DNA of 64,000 bases from Eledone cirrhosa (GCA_964016885.1 OZ024742.1:89962001-90026000), one strand, 5' to 3'; positions 43,760-58,210 are shown, counted from the stretch's first letter. Numbers and translations: made by a program. Notes: generated by a model not told the origin, from the sequence alone.

Positions 43760-44755
43760 GTGGGCTCATCCGGGATCCTAAATAGGGCCTTTGGACCCCT
43801 GGCTATTGCAATATCTGCTCCTTATCCTAGATGTGGAAGACGGGACGGGACGTTTGGCACCACACAGTGATGTTCTGTTCGGGAGTTGGTCCAGCTCCCA
43901 AGGCCAAAGTTCGGTAATAGTCCCTCCAGGATTTTCACTATGTATAGCACTGCGTATCTCTCCCGTCTTCTTTCCAAGGAGTAGAGGTTTAGTTCTTTTA
44001 GCCTCTCCCAGTAGCTTATCTCCTTGATCGTCGCAACCCTCTTGGTGTAGCTTCGCTGGATTGCCTCAAGCTCCGTGGTTAGTTTGACACTATGGGGTGA
44101 CCACAGCTGTGAGCCATAGACCAGGAGGCTTAGGACAAATGTCCTCCATACTATCAACATGGTGTCTCGGTCACTTGTCCAGAAACTCCTCAAGATCCAG
44201 CCAGCGAGTCATCTGCACATTGTCGTCATTTCCATGATGTGGGAAGAAAAAGATGAATTGTCGCTCATGTCTATTCTCAGGACTCGTATCGATTTCGATC
44301 GGAATTTCGATCCCTTCTGGTCCGGTGTATCTGTGTTGTATTGTCTCTGTATTTGCAGGTTTGTATTGTAGACCTTGAAATTTTCCAGCATTAAACTGGA
44401 TATTGTTGTCCTCAGCCCATTTGTATATGGCATCCAGATCTTGTTGTAAAATGGCAGCATCAGCCGGGTTTTTGATTGCCTGTGCTACCTTAGTGTCATC
44501 AGCATAGCTAATGAGGTATGTTGTATGTACTACATAGGGCATATTTGAGAAAGCCACCAAAAACGGTAGTGGGCCCAAGACTGTGCCCTGGGGCACCTCA
44601 CTTGTTATTGATGTTTCCTTTGAGAGGGCCTTTTAGGAAATCATGCAGCCACTCACCTATTTTTCCAGTTATGCCGAGGTTGTGTAGTTTGTGACATATC
44701 ATTCCGTGGTCGACCATATAAAAGGCCTTCGCAAAGTCAAGATATATTACGTCTA
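43760..44755 (-). mobile_element. CR1/Jockey-group LINE RT remnant
   Basis: PQGTVLGPL, SYADDTKV, LQQDLDAIYKWAEDN, YWERLKELNLYSLERRRERY. Confidence 0.88.
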
Positions 44756-44894
44756 ACTGTGAGCTGTCTAACAGTTGTTTCAGTACCCAGCATGGCCTCA
44801 GCCGGATGGCTGGAACAGGTAAAAGAGTTTAAGAGTAATTTATATATGTATATGCGCGCGCGTGTGTGCGTGTGTAAATATATTTATATATATA

Positions 44895-44978
<84 letters not shown>

Positions 44979-45021
44979 GTGTATGTGTGTGTGAGTGTGT
45001 GTGTGTGTGTCTTTGTGTATG

Positions 45022-45108
<87 letters not shown>

Positions 45109-45419
45109 CAAATAGTCTATTTCCCTATATAGCTGAATACAATAAATATAATCTGAGTTTTTTAATATTAATAATAATGTTCGATTCGGTTGCTATTATG
45201 CAAAAATCCTCTTTAAAGCCATGTCAGTAGAATTTACCCGCAATTCTTGCTCTTGTGTTGGCATGTAAGCTAAACTGCAGACACTAATGTTTCTGGGTGA
45301 TTACTCTTCATCAGTAGAGTATACTGCCAACTGTCAGAGCTAATGAAAATATATGATTTATCTATCTATCTATCTATATATCCATATATATACATACATA
45401 CATATATATATATATATTA

Positions 45420-45585
<166 letters not shown>

Positions 45586-45668
45586 CATCAAGGGTAAATG
45601 TGTATGAACTTTACTTATATAGTTGCCAAATTTAAACAATATTAACATTCGCTATTTTATTATTTTAG

Positions 45669-46315
45669 GTTATGGTTACTGTGGTACCCAGGTGTATTAC
45701 CCTGCGACTCAAATTTGCTGTGAATCTCAGCTTTTATCCAAAAATGGATTGAATAGTCCTGCTTGCTGTGGAAGTGTAGTATTTAATAGGGAAGATCAAT
45801 TATGTTGCGCTGGTACTTTAATAAATAAGGCACCAACCGTGAATGCATGTTGTGGCAACGCGGGGATAGATGCATCTGTGAAGGTCTGTTGTGGGGGGGC
45901 CGTTGCAGAGAGGAAAAACTTTTTATGTTGTGGTGGGGTACAAGCTGCAAGACTAACTGTAGTTGATGGTTGTTGCGGGACAGCTCTTATTAATACATAC
46001 AGCGATCTTTGCTGTGGTGGGGTTAAAAAGGTGATCGCAACCAGCTTGCCCGGAGGTTCTAACGTCATAGAAAACACATACGCTTGTTGTGGATCTAACA
46101 TTTACAAAACAACTGTAAACGAATGTGTCGCTGGAAATATCAGGCCAAAGCATGTCCATTATTCACATCCACCAATGCTACCACCCAGAATACCAATACC
46201 ACCACCCCAACTACCAATACCACATCCCCAACTACCAATACCACATCCCCAACTACCAATACCACCACCCCAACTACCACTATATCCATGGTGGACAAGG
46301 CCGGGGTGGCAATAA
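45669..46315 (+). CDS. Terminal coding exon of a galaxin-like di-cysteine repeat protein with Pro-rich C-terminal repeats
   Basis: Acceptor ttttattattttag|g at 45668/45669 (phase 1). Nine CC dyads spaced ~13-15 aa (one longer gap). (PQLPIPH/P)n tail, TAA at 46313-46315, AATAAA just downstream. Upstream exon(s) not identified. Confidence 0.85.
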
Positions 46316-46330
46316 GCTTTGCTTGATATC

Positions 46331-46349
46331 AATAAATGCATTCAATAAA
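46331..46349 (+). promoter_or_regulatory. Candidate polyadenylation signals
   Basis: AATAAA at 46331 and 46344, immediately after the stop codon. Confidence 0.55.
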
Positions 46350-47819
46350 CATATATGAATCCATGTTTTGTCTGTTTATTTTGTTTTATATATAGCATCC
46401 ATTTGTCCGGAATTTTAGATAGTATTTCAACCTCTTTAGTTATGGAGGAGAAAAATATCAAACGTATTCTAGCGGCAAAGATCACTTCAAATATATTCTC
46501 AAAAAACAGTCTTTCAAGAGCCATGTTTTCCATTAATTATCCGTGATTCAAACTTTGCAATCAATAAAAATGTTTAAAAGATAAATAAACAAGGTGAAAT
46601 TGTAAACGAGAGGGTTGCTTGAACCAGAAATGTAGTGTGTCGAGAGTGAAAACGTTAAATGTTTATTGAAAGGTTTTGCTCGCACAACTGACTAGTTAAC
46701 ATTTCCACACAGACGAGTGGGAGCTCTGTCAGCTTGACATCGTAATTTATTTGTCTTAGAAGGTTGACTTCTAAGACTAATGAACATCATATTCCCACAA
46801 ATCTTGAACCTGTTGTTGGCTTTTCGTTCATCAATCAAGTATTCTCAGTATACTACCCAATGCTCATTTGCATGATATTCCATTGGTTTATTATTATTGC
46901 CGCATCTTAATGACTTGAAACAATTACTTTAAGAAAGGAAAAGATAATGGTTATTGATCATTCGAAAATCCAATCGCATAAACTAAATATAATTCATCTT
47001 AACCAGTCAAAGACAAATAATTCAAAACTGTGGATTTATGAATAGAGTAAACATTGGGAAAGATCATAGAATAGTTAGGACAAAATTTAAAATAAACCAA
47101 AATTAGCAAGACTTCAAATTATAAATAAAGAAACTAAAAATTATAAATAGCGTCGATAAGATTTCCAAATAGAGCTAAGTATATTATTAGTGTCAAAATA
47201 GTGAATTGATGAAAGTAATTTATCAGCGTTCTTTAAAACGAAATAAGAAACGCTGCAATGATAATAGCAGAGACGTTGGCATCATTTTCAACAAATAGAT
47301 TAGTAGTTAAGATGGAAATAGTTGTAAAATAGCATAGCAAGACAGTACAAGAAATAAAGCTGAATAGAAACAGTACAGAATTATATTCTGGAAAAATAGA
47401 ATATTCGGAAAAAGCGTTTCGAAAGATGAGATTAATTCGTACCTACCAAATCTTTCATATAACAGGCATAAAAATATAGACAGAAAATCAATCTGGTTAA
47501 GCTCTCCCTAGTACATAAGCGTAAAGGTAAACGTAGATAAGAAGTTCTTAGACAATGAGAAAGCTGGGACGAAAAAGACCTTCACACGCCCCCAAAAAGA
47601 GAAAATTTAGAAACGATTTTGGAGAGCGGAGTAAGCATAAATAAAATAGAAAATGAAACGAACAAAAGTATAATAAAAATTTGAGGAAAATAAATAAATA
47701 TTTAAGTTAAAAGCTCACTATACTCCCTTATAATCAAATAAGTTCAAAGAGAAATTCCGAGCTTTTTTTAACACAATAAAGAGAGAAATACACGTACACA
47801 CACACACACGCACACATAT

Positions 47820-47882
<63 letters not shown>

Positions 47883-48049
47883 GTGTTTTCAAATCAGAAG
47901 TGATATAAACACACCAGGGCAGGGGGGGAGGAGTGAATATATTAACTAGGGATAGAACAGTTTATACAAATTAATGAAAAGGATAAATCAAGGTACACAA
48001 ACCGACCATAACTATTAACATCCAAGCAATTTCACAATAAAGGTGTTTT

Positions 48050-48313
48050 GCAATTAAGTGAAGACATATAGATCAGCTATTGTTCGTCGGTGGATGTCTC
48101 TGAAAAATATGCTCATCACAACTAAAGGATAATTAGAAGACTAAAAACGCACGTGTGATAAAAGAGGAAAGACACACGCGGCCATCGTCCAACGCGGCGC
48201 AAATAAAAATTGTTCAACTACTAAAAATAGCACCCAGAAGCATTCAACATATTACAGCTCTAATAAATAACAGGAGCCCAATATATTAAATTAAAATGTT
48301 GAGTTAAAAACTC

Positions 48314-48366
<53 letters not shown>

Positions 48367-49315
48367 TATAAAATAAGTCCATAGAATCATTAGATAAAAT
48401 ATATACAGTATTTCTTCTCCCAATCAGCATAAATTAACCACATAAAAAATCATTTAAACGAGGCTATAAGTTTAAAATATACTGATGAAGAAACAATAGA
48501 TAAATGATATAGCTTCTTATCCGCAGTTGTAGCTACAAAGAATTTACCTAGTATTTCTAATAGCCTGTAGAAATTGACTAGACATATAGTTAACCATACA
48601 TAACTAGGTACAAAATCAAAGTTAGGAGAAACAATGTACATAAATCTTACCAAAATCATCAAAATATCTCTACCCCCCCCCCCCCCCCCCCCGGCGTTTT
48701 CATTCCATTTTTGGATATATCCGATCTTGGATAAATCAACGTGGCTTGGAAATCATCAGGAGATAACTCAAATGGACAAAGATTTTTCTTACATGATCCC
48801 CGCCAGAAACGAATTCAAAATGTCTAAGAATCATCACGTGGCTACTGGTCAAGGCAGAAAGTTTGTGATTGGTGCCTGTCGACGAGTAGGCTGGTTGCTA
48901 GAAAGTGCAGTCGAATACTGCCTAAAGTCTTACTCAACCATACGGTAGTATTTAAGATTTAAAGGGTATATACATATAAACTAGACAAAGTTATATATAT
49001 CTTTTTAGCAACCATTCACGGTGTGGCTCAATGCAGAATTAACTAAATAATTAATAATCAGAGCAATATATACATATACATATATATATATATATTATTG
49101 TTATTTAGTAGAGCTATATTATGTTGAATGGTTCTGGGTGCTATTTTTAGTAGTCGGACGATCTGTATTTGCGCCGCGTTGGGCGATGGCCGCGTGTATC
49201 TTTCCTCTTTTATCACACGTACATTTTTAGTCTTCTAATTGTTATTTAGTTGTGAAGAGCATATTTTTCAGAGACATCCACCGACGAGCAATACCTGATG
49301 TATATTTCTTCACAA
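48050..49315. repeat. ~220-bp inverted repeats (~48050-48270 and ~49097-49315) enclosing a strongly diverged family G-like unit
   Basis: cacgcggccatcgtccaacgcggcgcaaata versus tatttgcgccgcgttgggcgatggccgcgtg. Interior 48375-49075 resembles 49390-50040. Confidence 0.6.
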
Positions 49316-49317
49316 TA

Positions 49318-49387
<70 letters not shown>

Positions 49388-49651
49388 TAAAACATGTCTA
49401 TAGAATCACAAGATAAAATATACTATTTCCTCTCCCAATTAGCATAATTAACTATATAAAAAATAGAATAGACCAGGCTATACGAATGAGGCTTCTATGA
49501 AGGAATCTCCGGTCAATAACCGAAACTAGCGCTTCGCGTCGGCCGTAGCGGAATATTTATCGAATATTTCGACAGCGTAATCGCCTAGATGCAGTCAACT
49601 AAGCAGAATTAGGTTTAAAATAAACTAGGAGAAAATAGAATACATTTAATA

Positions 49652-49737
49652 CCTCTACCATGGTTTCGTCCGTGTTTTGAGTTTTCCAATAGTTATGTAA
49701 TAATTATATAAACTCGAGCGCCGGAATCTTCAGGAAG
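49652..49737 (-). ncRNA. Hammerhead ribozyme, family G (extended stem II)
   Basis: cttc-CTGAAGA-ttccg..cggac-GAAA-ccatggta^gagg. Confidence 0.78.
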
Positions 49738-50515
49738 CTCGCTCATATCTAGACATTAAATTTTCCAAAACGATCGCGCCAAGAATTCATTTCAAAATGG
49801 CTAAAAATCGTGACGTAGTCGCGGTCAAGTTGGAAGGGGTGTGGTAGTTGCTTACGACTGGTGACATTTTTGCTAGAAAGCACAGCACAATACAGCCAAA
49901 TTTGTATCTCAACCTAGTGGGAGATTATTACATATAAAAGTTTACATATATATATACATACACATACATATACGTGTTTTGCAACCGGTCACTTTGTGGC
50001 TCATTGAAAAATTAATAAATTAAACAATAAGAGCTATATATCATAAAACATGTCTATAGAATCACAAGATAAAATATATACTATTTCCTCTCCCAATTAG
50101 CATAATTAACTATATAAAAAATCGAATAGACCAGGCTATACGAATGAGGCTTCTATGAAGGAGAGGAAATAGTATATATGTTATCTTGTGATTCTATAGA
50201 CATGTTTTATGATATATAGCTCTTATTGTTTAATTTATTAATTTTTCATTGAGCCACAAAGTGACCGGTTGCAAAACACGTATATGTATGTGTATGTATA
50301 TATATATGTAAACTTTTATATGTAATAATCTCCCACTAGGTTGAGATACAAATTTGGCTGTATTGTGCTGTGCTTTCTAGCAAAAATGCCACCAGTCGTA
50401 AGCAACTACCACACCCCTTCCAACTTGACCGTGACTACGTCACGATTTTTAGCCATTTTGAAATGAATTCTTGGCGCGATCGTTTTGGAAAATTTAATGT
50501 CTAGATATGAGCGAG

Positions 50516-50601
50516 CTTCCTGAAGAATCCGGCGCTCGAGTTTATATAATTACTACATAATTATTGGAAAACTCAAAACACGGACGAAACCATGGTAGAG
50601 G
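50516..50601 (+). ncRNA. Hammerhead ribozyme, family G (extended stem II)
   Basis: cttc-CTGAAGA-atccggcgctcgagttt..aaactcaaaacacggac-GAAA-ccatggta^gagg. Palindromic stem III ACCATGGT, GUA triplet. Confidence 0.78.
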
Positions 50602-51001
50602 TATTTAAATGTATTATATTTTCTCCTAGTTTATTTTAAACCTAATTCTGCTTAGTTAACTGTATCTAGGCGATTACGCTGTCGAAATATTCGATAAATA
50701 TTCCGCTACGGCCGACGCGAAGCGCTAGTTTTGGTTATTTGTCGGAGATTCCTTCATAGAAGCCCCATTCGTATAGCCTGGTCTATTCGATTTTTTATAT
50801 AGTTAATTAATGCTAATTGGGAGAGGAAATAGTATATATTTTATCTTGTGATTCTATAGACATGTTTTATGATATATAGCTCTGATTGTTTAATTTATTA
50901 ATTTTTCATTGAGCCACAAAGTGACCGGTTGCAAAACACGTATATGTATGTGTATGTATATATATATGTAAACTTTTATATATATATATATATATATTTA
51001 T

Positions 51002-51496
51002 ATAAATGGAAAAAAAATGAAACGAAATTTCATTTCTCACTCTTAGTACGGCTGATACTTATATATAAGCATGTATACGTACATACATATATGTATACAG
51101 ACGTACAGTAGTATGTATATATATATACATACATGCACACATATATATATGTACGTATGGGTTTACCGAACATTTATTATAATGTTTTGTTAATATGCAT
51201 AAGGAAAGTATATACTTTCAAACGTTCAATCATCTGACACGAAGGTATACGATGCTGACGATAGCTAATAAGCTTGAAACTAGTTCATCGTTCCTTTGTC
51301 AGTGTTGAACAAAAGGGCGATGATGGTTGCCGAAGACTGTAAGGCGTAATTCGGGCTGTTTGTTTACAAACAAAGCGAACATTATAATAAATGTTCGGTA
51401 AACCCAAACGTACATATATATATATGTGTGCATGTATGTATATATATATAGATACTACTGTACGTCTGTCTACATATATGTATGTACGTATACATA

Positions 51497-51500
<4 letters not shown>
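51002..51500. mobile_element. Retrozyme-like family B fold-back insertion
   Basis: Antisense 51002-51185, then sense ~51189-51500. Confidence 0.78.
51249..51291 (+). ncRNA. Type I hammerhead ribozyme, family B
   Basis: acgatg-CTGACGA-tagctaataagctt-GAAA-ctagtt^catcgt. Confidence 0.85.
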
Positions 51501-51527
<27 letters not shown>

Positions 51528-51533
<6 letters not shown>

Positions 51534-52088
51534 ATACTTGGGGAGGGTCATATTTGTGTAATATTGCCAGAATTAATAACAGAACACGCTCGCTGTTTGG
51601 TTGGTTTTCGCTTTTCGCTTCTGTGCCTTTTATATCGGTAATCTAATTTATTCGGTCCTCAATGTTGCCATTGACTGACCAACGGTAAAAATAATACAGA
51701 TAGAATATAGACACAAACACATATATATAGTTTATCAAAGTTCTTTCGTTGCACGTCTGCAACATCGTCAGTGGTGCTATTGTTTTCTCTCGTTGTATTG
51801 TATTTTCTACGCCATCTTTATTTAGTATGTTTATATATTTATTTATTTGTTTATTTTGTCTTCTTCGCGCATGCGTTTGCGTGTGTGTATAGTCTTTTGT
51901 TTGATGTGTGTTCGTGATTGGGTGACTGTGTATTGGTTAATGTATTCTATCTTTACTAGTGTGTGTTTATATGTGTTTGTTGTTATTGTGTTTGTGTATG
52001 TATTTATTTGTTTATTTATCTGTTTATTTATTTATACTTCTCTCACACGATATCATATCAAAAACCTCGCAAAACTAATTCATCACCG

Positions 52089-52090
<2 letters not shown>
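51528..52090 (-). mobile_element. Solo pLTR of the 5224-7325 PLE family with inverted tail
   Basis: Similar to 5224-5710. HHR at ~51736-51773. Confidence 0.75.
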
Positions 52091-52152
<62 letters not shown>

Positions 52153-52339
52153 CAATTTAGGAAAGTTCGTTGATAATATAATCCGCTGACGTTTTTTGTA
52201 AATAACATCTATGAAATAGCATTTTTTCGTTTCTATTTATACTAACTTTATTTGATTTATTTTCTTTTATTTTCTTATTTAATTTAATTGTTTGATAATA
52301 TAGTTAATATTACAATTGTTATAGAGAATATAAAACACA

Positions 52340-53120
52340 TACAGATGCTCAGATAGATGAGAACCGAACTCACCGAGTCTGGAAACTAAAGGAACTAGAA
52401 TTTATGCTCAGTGCATGGATTTCAGCTAATGGCTTTCTTTCAGACAAGCTAATTAAGGATGCCCTACAAAGGCTTTTTGAGAACTTTTGCACAACTGCAA
52501 CTGAAAAAGAACGAATTTGTTTGTGCCTACTCGCTTGTTGTGCTACACATGGATCAGTTGAGCCACATTTGGTCAGAGGAGACAAAAAAAAGAAGGGGAA
52601 GAAGTTAAAAACTAAGAAAAACAAAGTCCCTGGGAAAAAGAAGGCCCAAGTTATCTGTGAATTCCACAAGAAAGGGACCAGTTAGCATAGGACAGCTGGG
52701 ACAAACAGCGGGTTTGCAAGTCGCACCAACCTGCTTATGCCAACTACCCAAGCCAAAACCAACATGTGCAAACAATACAGAGCACAGGGTCACTTCCCAG
52801 GAAGTATCCTGAGGATGTACGTACTACTCTGATGACGAGAAGGAAGTATACAGAGGCAGTAGAGAGTTTTAGCTGGAGAAAAAGTCTTTTTTTTAAATAG
52901 CGGAAAAGATAGAGACAGCTGACTTAGCTTCGTCAACTACAAAGCCAAATTCAGTTACATCAACACTCGCGACCACCTCAAATAAAAGAGCTGGTGTGGC
53001 CGCTACTGATACCCACGCAAATGCCATATAAGCAGCCACCACTGATACCTAAAATGTCACACCAGTGCTACTAGTAAATGATCTTCTAACTGACACTCAG
53101 CATGGCTTTCGTCCGGGTAG
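52340..53120 (+). mobile_element. Possible CR1-type LINE ORF1 remnant plus short RT piece
   Basis: Basic stretch then ICEFHKKGT (decayed CCCH-finger-like). NDLLTDTQHGFRPGR at ~53077-53120. Confidence 0.4.
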
Positions 53121-53383
53121 AAAATGTCTATATTGGGAAGGTGATGTTTCAAATAAACACAAACGCAGCTGTTGTTTTCACTTCACTTTATTACAAATTA
53201 CCGGGTGGTTGGTTCAATATCCCGATGGTTGTTTATTTATCGTCAAAGCTCTTTCGCCACACAGTCTCTGACCTCCTCAGTGACAAATTTCTTATTTTGT
53301 GTCGCACCTGCTATATCAAGCGTTAACCTAATATATACCTTCCATATACTGTACCGATTGTGTTGTTATTTCCGTTTACTTTT

Positions 53384-53420
<37 letters not shown>

Positions 53421-54879
53421 ATATATATATATATATATATATAATTTTTTCGGAATGTTTCGACTGGTATTTCCTGTAAACAGCATCACTAACGTGTGTC
53501 CACGTGTGTTTTGTTATCTCAATTCTGCACGCTGTTCGCTTGCCAGCTTTTAATTCCCATCCGGCATTTTAGCAGTAAGATATAGTTGATGTGTTGAGCA
53601 CTACTGAAGATCGACCCCAACCGTGACTAACCCCACTGAAAAGTTTCGTGAAATAGTCTTTTAAGACTATATAGGGCATTTGTAGTTTTCCCCAAATTGA
53701 CGGTTAAGTATTTTTTCTTAATTTTATTTTGAGTTAAGATTGTATTGCTTGCTTTCCTCCAACTTACACAAAGTCTGAGGATAAAATATTTCTTCTTGGC
53801 TTGTTTTGAATTAAGATTGTATTACTTATGCCACATCTTACGTTAAAACTGTTTCATCTTGATGTTATAGTCACTTATATGTCTGAATGGTTGTTGGCTT
53901 TTTGCTTACATTAATTTCTCTATTTTCATTTATATAAAATATTATATATATATATGCAAATATATATACATATATATAATACATATATATCATATATATA
54001 CATATACATATAATATATATATTACATATACATTCATATATATATATCTTATACACAATATGTTGAAAAGGTAACACACTCATCAATAAAACAGGGAAAG
54101 CCACCAGTGTATGGAATCTATATCTATGGAAGGCAGCGTAGACACACAATAATTAAAAATATAAATTAAAATGTATATACGCACCTCTATAACTATATAA
54201 CACACGCGTACAAATTCAAAGAGATCTGTTTCGCCAGTAAGTTGTTGACTGAAATGGAATAGCCTATGGTTCGTCAGCGCATGCTAGACTATATATTCCA
54301 GACAACTCTAAGAGAATCTAAAGCAACCATCCAGCTACACGCGGCAGAGAGATGTCATAGCGTGTTTAGGGCAGTGAACCAGTGGTATCTGAGGGACGAG
54401 CTGCTAGAAAGGGCAGCCCAAAAACCACTCAAAGAAGTGTGCTCAACCAAACAGAGAGAGAGAGAGGAAAGACTGCTGTAAGGAGCGAAATATCACGATA
54501 AATTAACGGAACCATAGACTCTCCAGGATTCCTTTTCTGTTGAGAACATTATTGACAGGGAATAACAAGAATCTATTGCTATAATCAAGTATAATCAAGC
54601 CATAATCAAGCAGTATTCATCTGTCGAGGCTGCATTGTGTGAGATCTGCCTATGGGTAACAAGATGGCTGCCAAAGGGCATATTTACCTTACTAATTAGA
54701 GGGTGGTTTCAGGGGAAATAACTTCTCGAGAGATTAGAAATTGTGAGTGTTTATAGTCAAGTGCTAATTTTTAAATTTTTTAATTGAGAGACAATGTACG
54801 GGAGGTAACTTATAATTATCGAGTTGTTCATAGTAATTTAACTTATTAGCTACAAGTAAAAATGGGGCTATATGACTAA

Positions 54880-56365
54880 GTTGGGTCAAAAATTCTATTG
54901 GCGAAGGAATTAGCCCTTCGATGTTGACAGCTAATGGTTACCTCCGTTCTATCGATTATCGGTAGAGGTCGTGATAGAGTTATGTAATATGCTTCCGTAA
55001 TACAGAGATCACAAGATTTTCTTCGTCCATTGAACGGTTGGGCCCTAGCCACGGTATCCCATTTTAGTGAGTGTTGAACGTTGTTTAATTTAAGGTTTTT
55101 TAATGAGCCTAGCTAGCGATGTCGAACATCTGTTGCTAGGGTCTCAGAAGGAAAAAGAGTGCGCGTTATAGCGTATCTTAAAATGGGTTAGAGGTAGACC
55201 CGATATAAGAGATGGTATTCGAAGCAGTCTCAACCATGCACCTATAGACTATGTTGGGTGTCAGGCAGTGTCCATTTAATGGGCATGCATTGGGGTAACG
55301 GCAATTGCAGTTTCTTCTGCGGTTAGTGAGAGTAGGTTTGTTTAACCTAAGCGGTAGGTCCGTGCTAGAAGGATTAGATGGGGGAGGGGTGCTTCTAGAG
55401 TAAGGATTGGTGTAGTGGCGTGGTGTATTTGATAGGGGTGGTGGTACCGCGGTGTGGGAGTTATACTGTCTTTGCTTATGATGGTTACTGAACGCGATGT
55501 GGCTAGCTAGGTTAGGTGTTGTGGAGAATGAGATTTTAATGTTATTTTTATTAAAGAGTTTGTAATATCTATGGTTGGGGGTGGGGTGTTTGGATAGGAT
55601 AAGAAGAAGCGTTTGGGGATATTAGTGGCTAGATTAGATGAGAATGGGGGCTTGAGCCAGGTGATATTTCTAGGTCTATTCCTTCTAGGGGTTCTAGGGG
55701 AGTTGGTAGGGGTCTTCCTATTGTTATTATTACATGGGGATTTGTTATTTGTCATCCCATTTCTCATTCCTATTCTAGGGTTGATTTTTAGTTTGCTACT
55801 TGGAGTGGGGAGCAGGCCGCTGCCACCATTAAAGTTCCCTGTATAGGTGCTGTTACTGCTAAAATTCCGGCGAATCTGGATATATGCTAAGGTATTTCTA
55901 GTTCTAGTGTTAAGTTTATTAGGGTGAGTTGCTGTGTTATGGCATTTAGGTATGTAATAAATTGATTGTTTATAACCAGATTCAGAGAGAGCCTTATTAT
56001 AATTTTGTGCGTGGTTTATAAATATCTCCTCATTTGCTGATAGCATTGAGATCCTATAGGAGATAGATTTGATTACTGCTCTGATGACTGCCGGTGGGTG
56101 GTTAGAGTGTGGGCTAATATATGTGAGTATTTCACCTGGTGTATGGTAAGGGTTATAAAGGTTATTGTTGAGATCAAGGGTGACGTCTAGGAAGTTTACT
56201 ACTTTATGGTTCGGCTCGATGGTGATAGAGAGACCGTTATGTTTGAAGAATCTATGTAATTGTTTCTTTAGCAAATCGATTCCCCTATTAGTGCAATTGT
56301 GGACCGCAAATAGGGCGTCGTCCCTGTATATTCCGCCTTGCATGGGTTGGATTTCGGCTCTGATG
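54880..56365 (-). mobile_element. Penelope-like element RT C-half + GIY-YIG remnant
   Basis: GGIYRDDALF, VNFLDVTLDL, SNHPPAVI, RNITWLKPPFS; NCNCRYPNACPLNGHCL at ~55262-55312. Confidence 0.87.
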
Positions 56366-58210
56366 ATACGTAATATCGTAAATAACTTCTCCAATCCAAT
56401 TCCTCCTATAGATAACACTAGGTCACGTGTTAATAACTCTGTTAATTTCTCTAATCGCAATTGTAATTGGCCTGTTAATAATAAATGTCCTCTCAACAAC
56501 CATTGTCTTGAAAAAAACTTAATCTATGAATGTAAAGTTATAACTGACACGAATTCTCTACCTATTTTGGCTCCACTTCCACCTCCTTTAAAGCTCGTCT
56601 TTATAATCATCATTCGTCTTTTAAATACCAACTTAAAAGAACCAACACGACACTCTCAGAGCTCATATGCTCCTTGAAAGACAAAAATATTAACTATAAC
56701 ATCTCTTGGAGGAAAGTTTGTTCTGCCTCTCCATACTTGAATGCTTCTCTATCCAAAACATGTAATCTCTGTTTATGTGAGAAATGTACCATTATATCTA
56801 ATTTAGATTCTATAATAAATAGACGCACTGACTTATTTTCTCTCTGCTTGCATAAATTCCACAGAACATTCCATAAAGTATACAGCTAATATCTAATTAT
56901 TTACCAAATTAATATCCTTTTTCTCAAAGGCATATATATATATATATTTCTTTAAAAATATACCCATCTTTCTACCTTATTTCAATGTTATTTATTATAC
57001 ATTATATAATACTAGTTACTCATTCTATATCATTCCTATTTATCACTTCCCTTTCTTCCTTTTTTCCTTTTTTTTTTAAATTTCTAACCTCTAATCTGTA
57101 CCTTTTCTTCCTAGATACTTCTCAATTCTCATTATTACTCACCACAATATATCCACTCTTCCTTCTTCCATCCTATCACTGGCCATAAAACTTACTATTA
57201 CCCTTTTAAATACTTTATAGTATTAAAAATCCTTCGTAAACATAAACATTTTTTTAATGTTAGATTATTCATCCTCAATTCATTATTTTTTTCTGCCTTT
57301 CATGCTCGTTTAACTTTTACATATTATACATAAAAACAAACTTAAACCCTAACTAATCTCCTTTATTACATTATATTATTACCATTAGGAAATACTTGAT
57401 AAACATACATATTTTGATGTTAAGGTTACTCCTTAAACACTATCTCCTTCTTTGCTTCTGCGCTCATTTGTAAACAAACTATTTACATATATTACACATA
57501 CATATTACATGACATAAAAACAAACTTAAACACTAACTAATTCGTCTAAATTCATGATTCATCCACTCTTCTACTTCTTTCATATTATATCCTTAATAAC
57601 ATTACTATTTTTATTTTAATAATACATATCAACAATTTCTTTCCATCGCACATATGATTAAATCCTTCAATATTCAAAACTTAATTTAATATTATTCTTA
57701 ATACATATTAACAATTTCTTTTCATCGCACATATTATTAAACCCTTCAATATATAAACCTTAATTTAACATTATTCTTAATTTTTTTCTATTCGTTAATT
57801 TTCAAATTCTTTAATTTATATATTATCTTCCAACGGTTTTTTAACCTCTCTCTGTAAAACAATATATTTTTCTCAGTTATAAAAGCTATCTCTCTCTCTC
57901 TATCACCCATCTCTCCTCCTATCTCATCCTTCCTTATTATACTCCTCCCCACCATTCCTTACTCTCAACTCCTCCTCTTTTTCATCCTTTCCAACCACCC
58001 CACTCATTTTTTTTCACAATATCACACATCAATCGTAAACTACTTTTCATGTGTTGATTTAAAACTGCACTATTCACAAGTCTTTTTTAACCTTCATATC
58101 ATGTCTCTTTATTTTATCTGACGAAAACGCAGATGTCATCGTATGATGATATTTGATTTTGAAATGCGCATAATAAAATACATGGAACTCTTTTAACCAT
58201 CTTTTGATCT

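Larger units (their letters stand above)
49381..50985. mobile_element. Retrozyme-like family G: ~657-bp non-coding unit, ~1.2 units antisense + ~1.25 units sense (fold-back)
   Basis: tcataaaacatgtc at 49385 and 50041; gagaggaaatagtata at 50161 and 50821. Inversion at ~50160. One HHR per unit. Confidence 0.8.

Noticed and set aside
45623-45668. ORF-track start (TTG) for the galaxin-like protein
   Set aside because: This segment is a T-rich intron end terminating in AG, conserved as intron in the paralogue; the true start must be in an upstream exon.
55507-56499. 330-aa ORF as an intact gene
   Set aside because: It is chimeric: the N-terminus is the antisense of an adjacent PLE fragment, the RT is 5'-truncated, and it frameshifts before the endonuclease.
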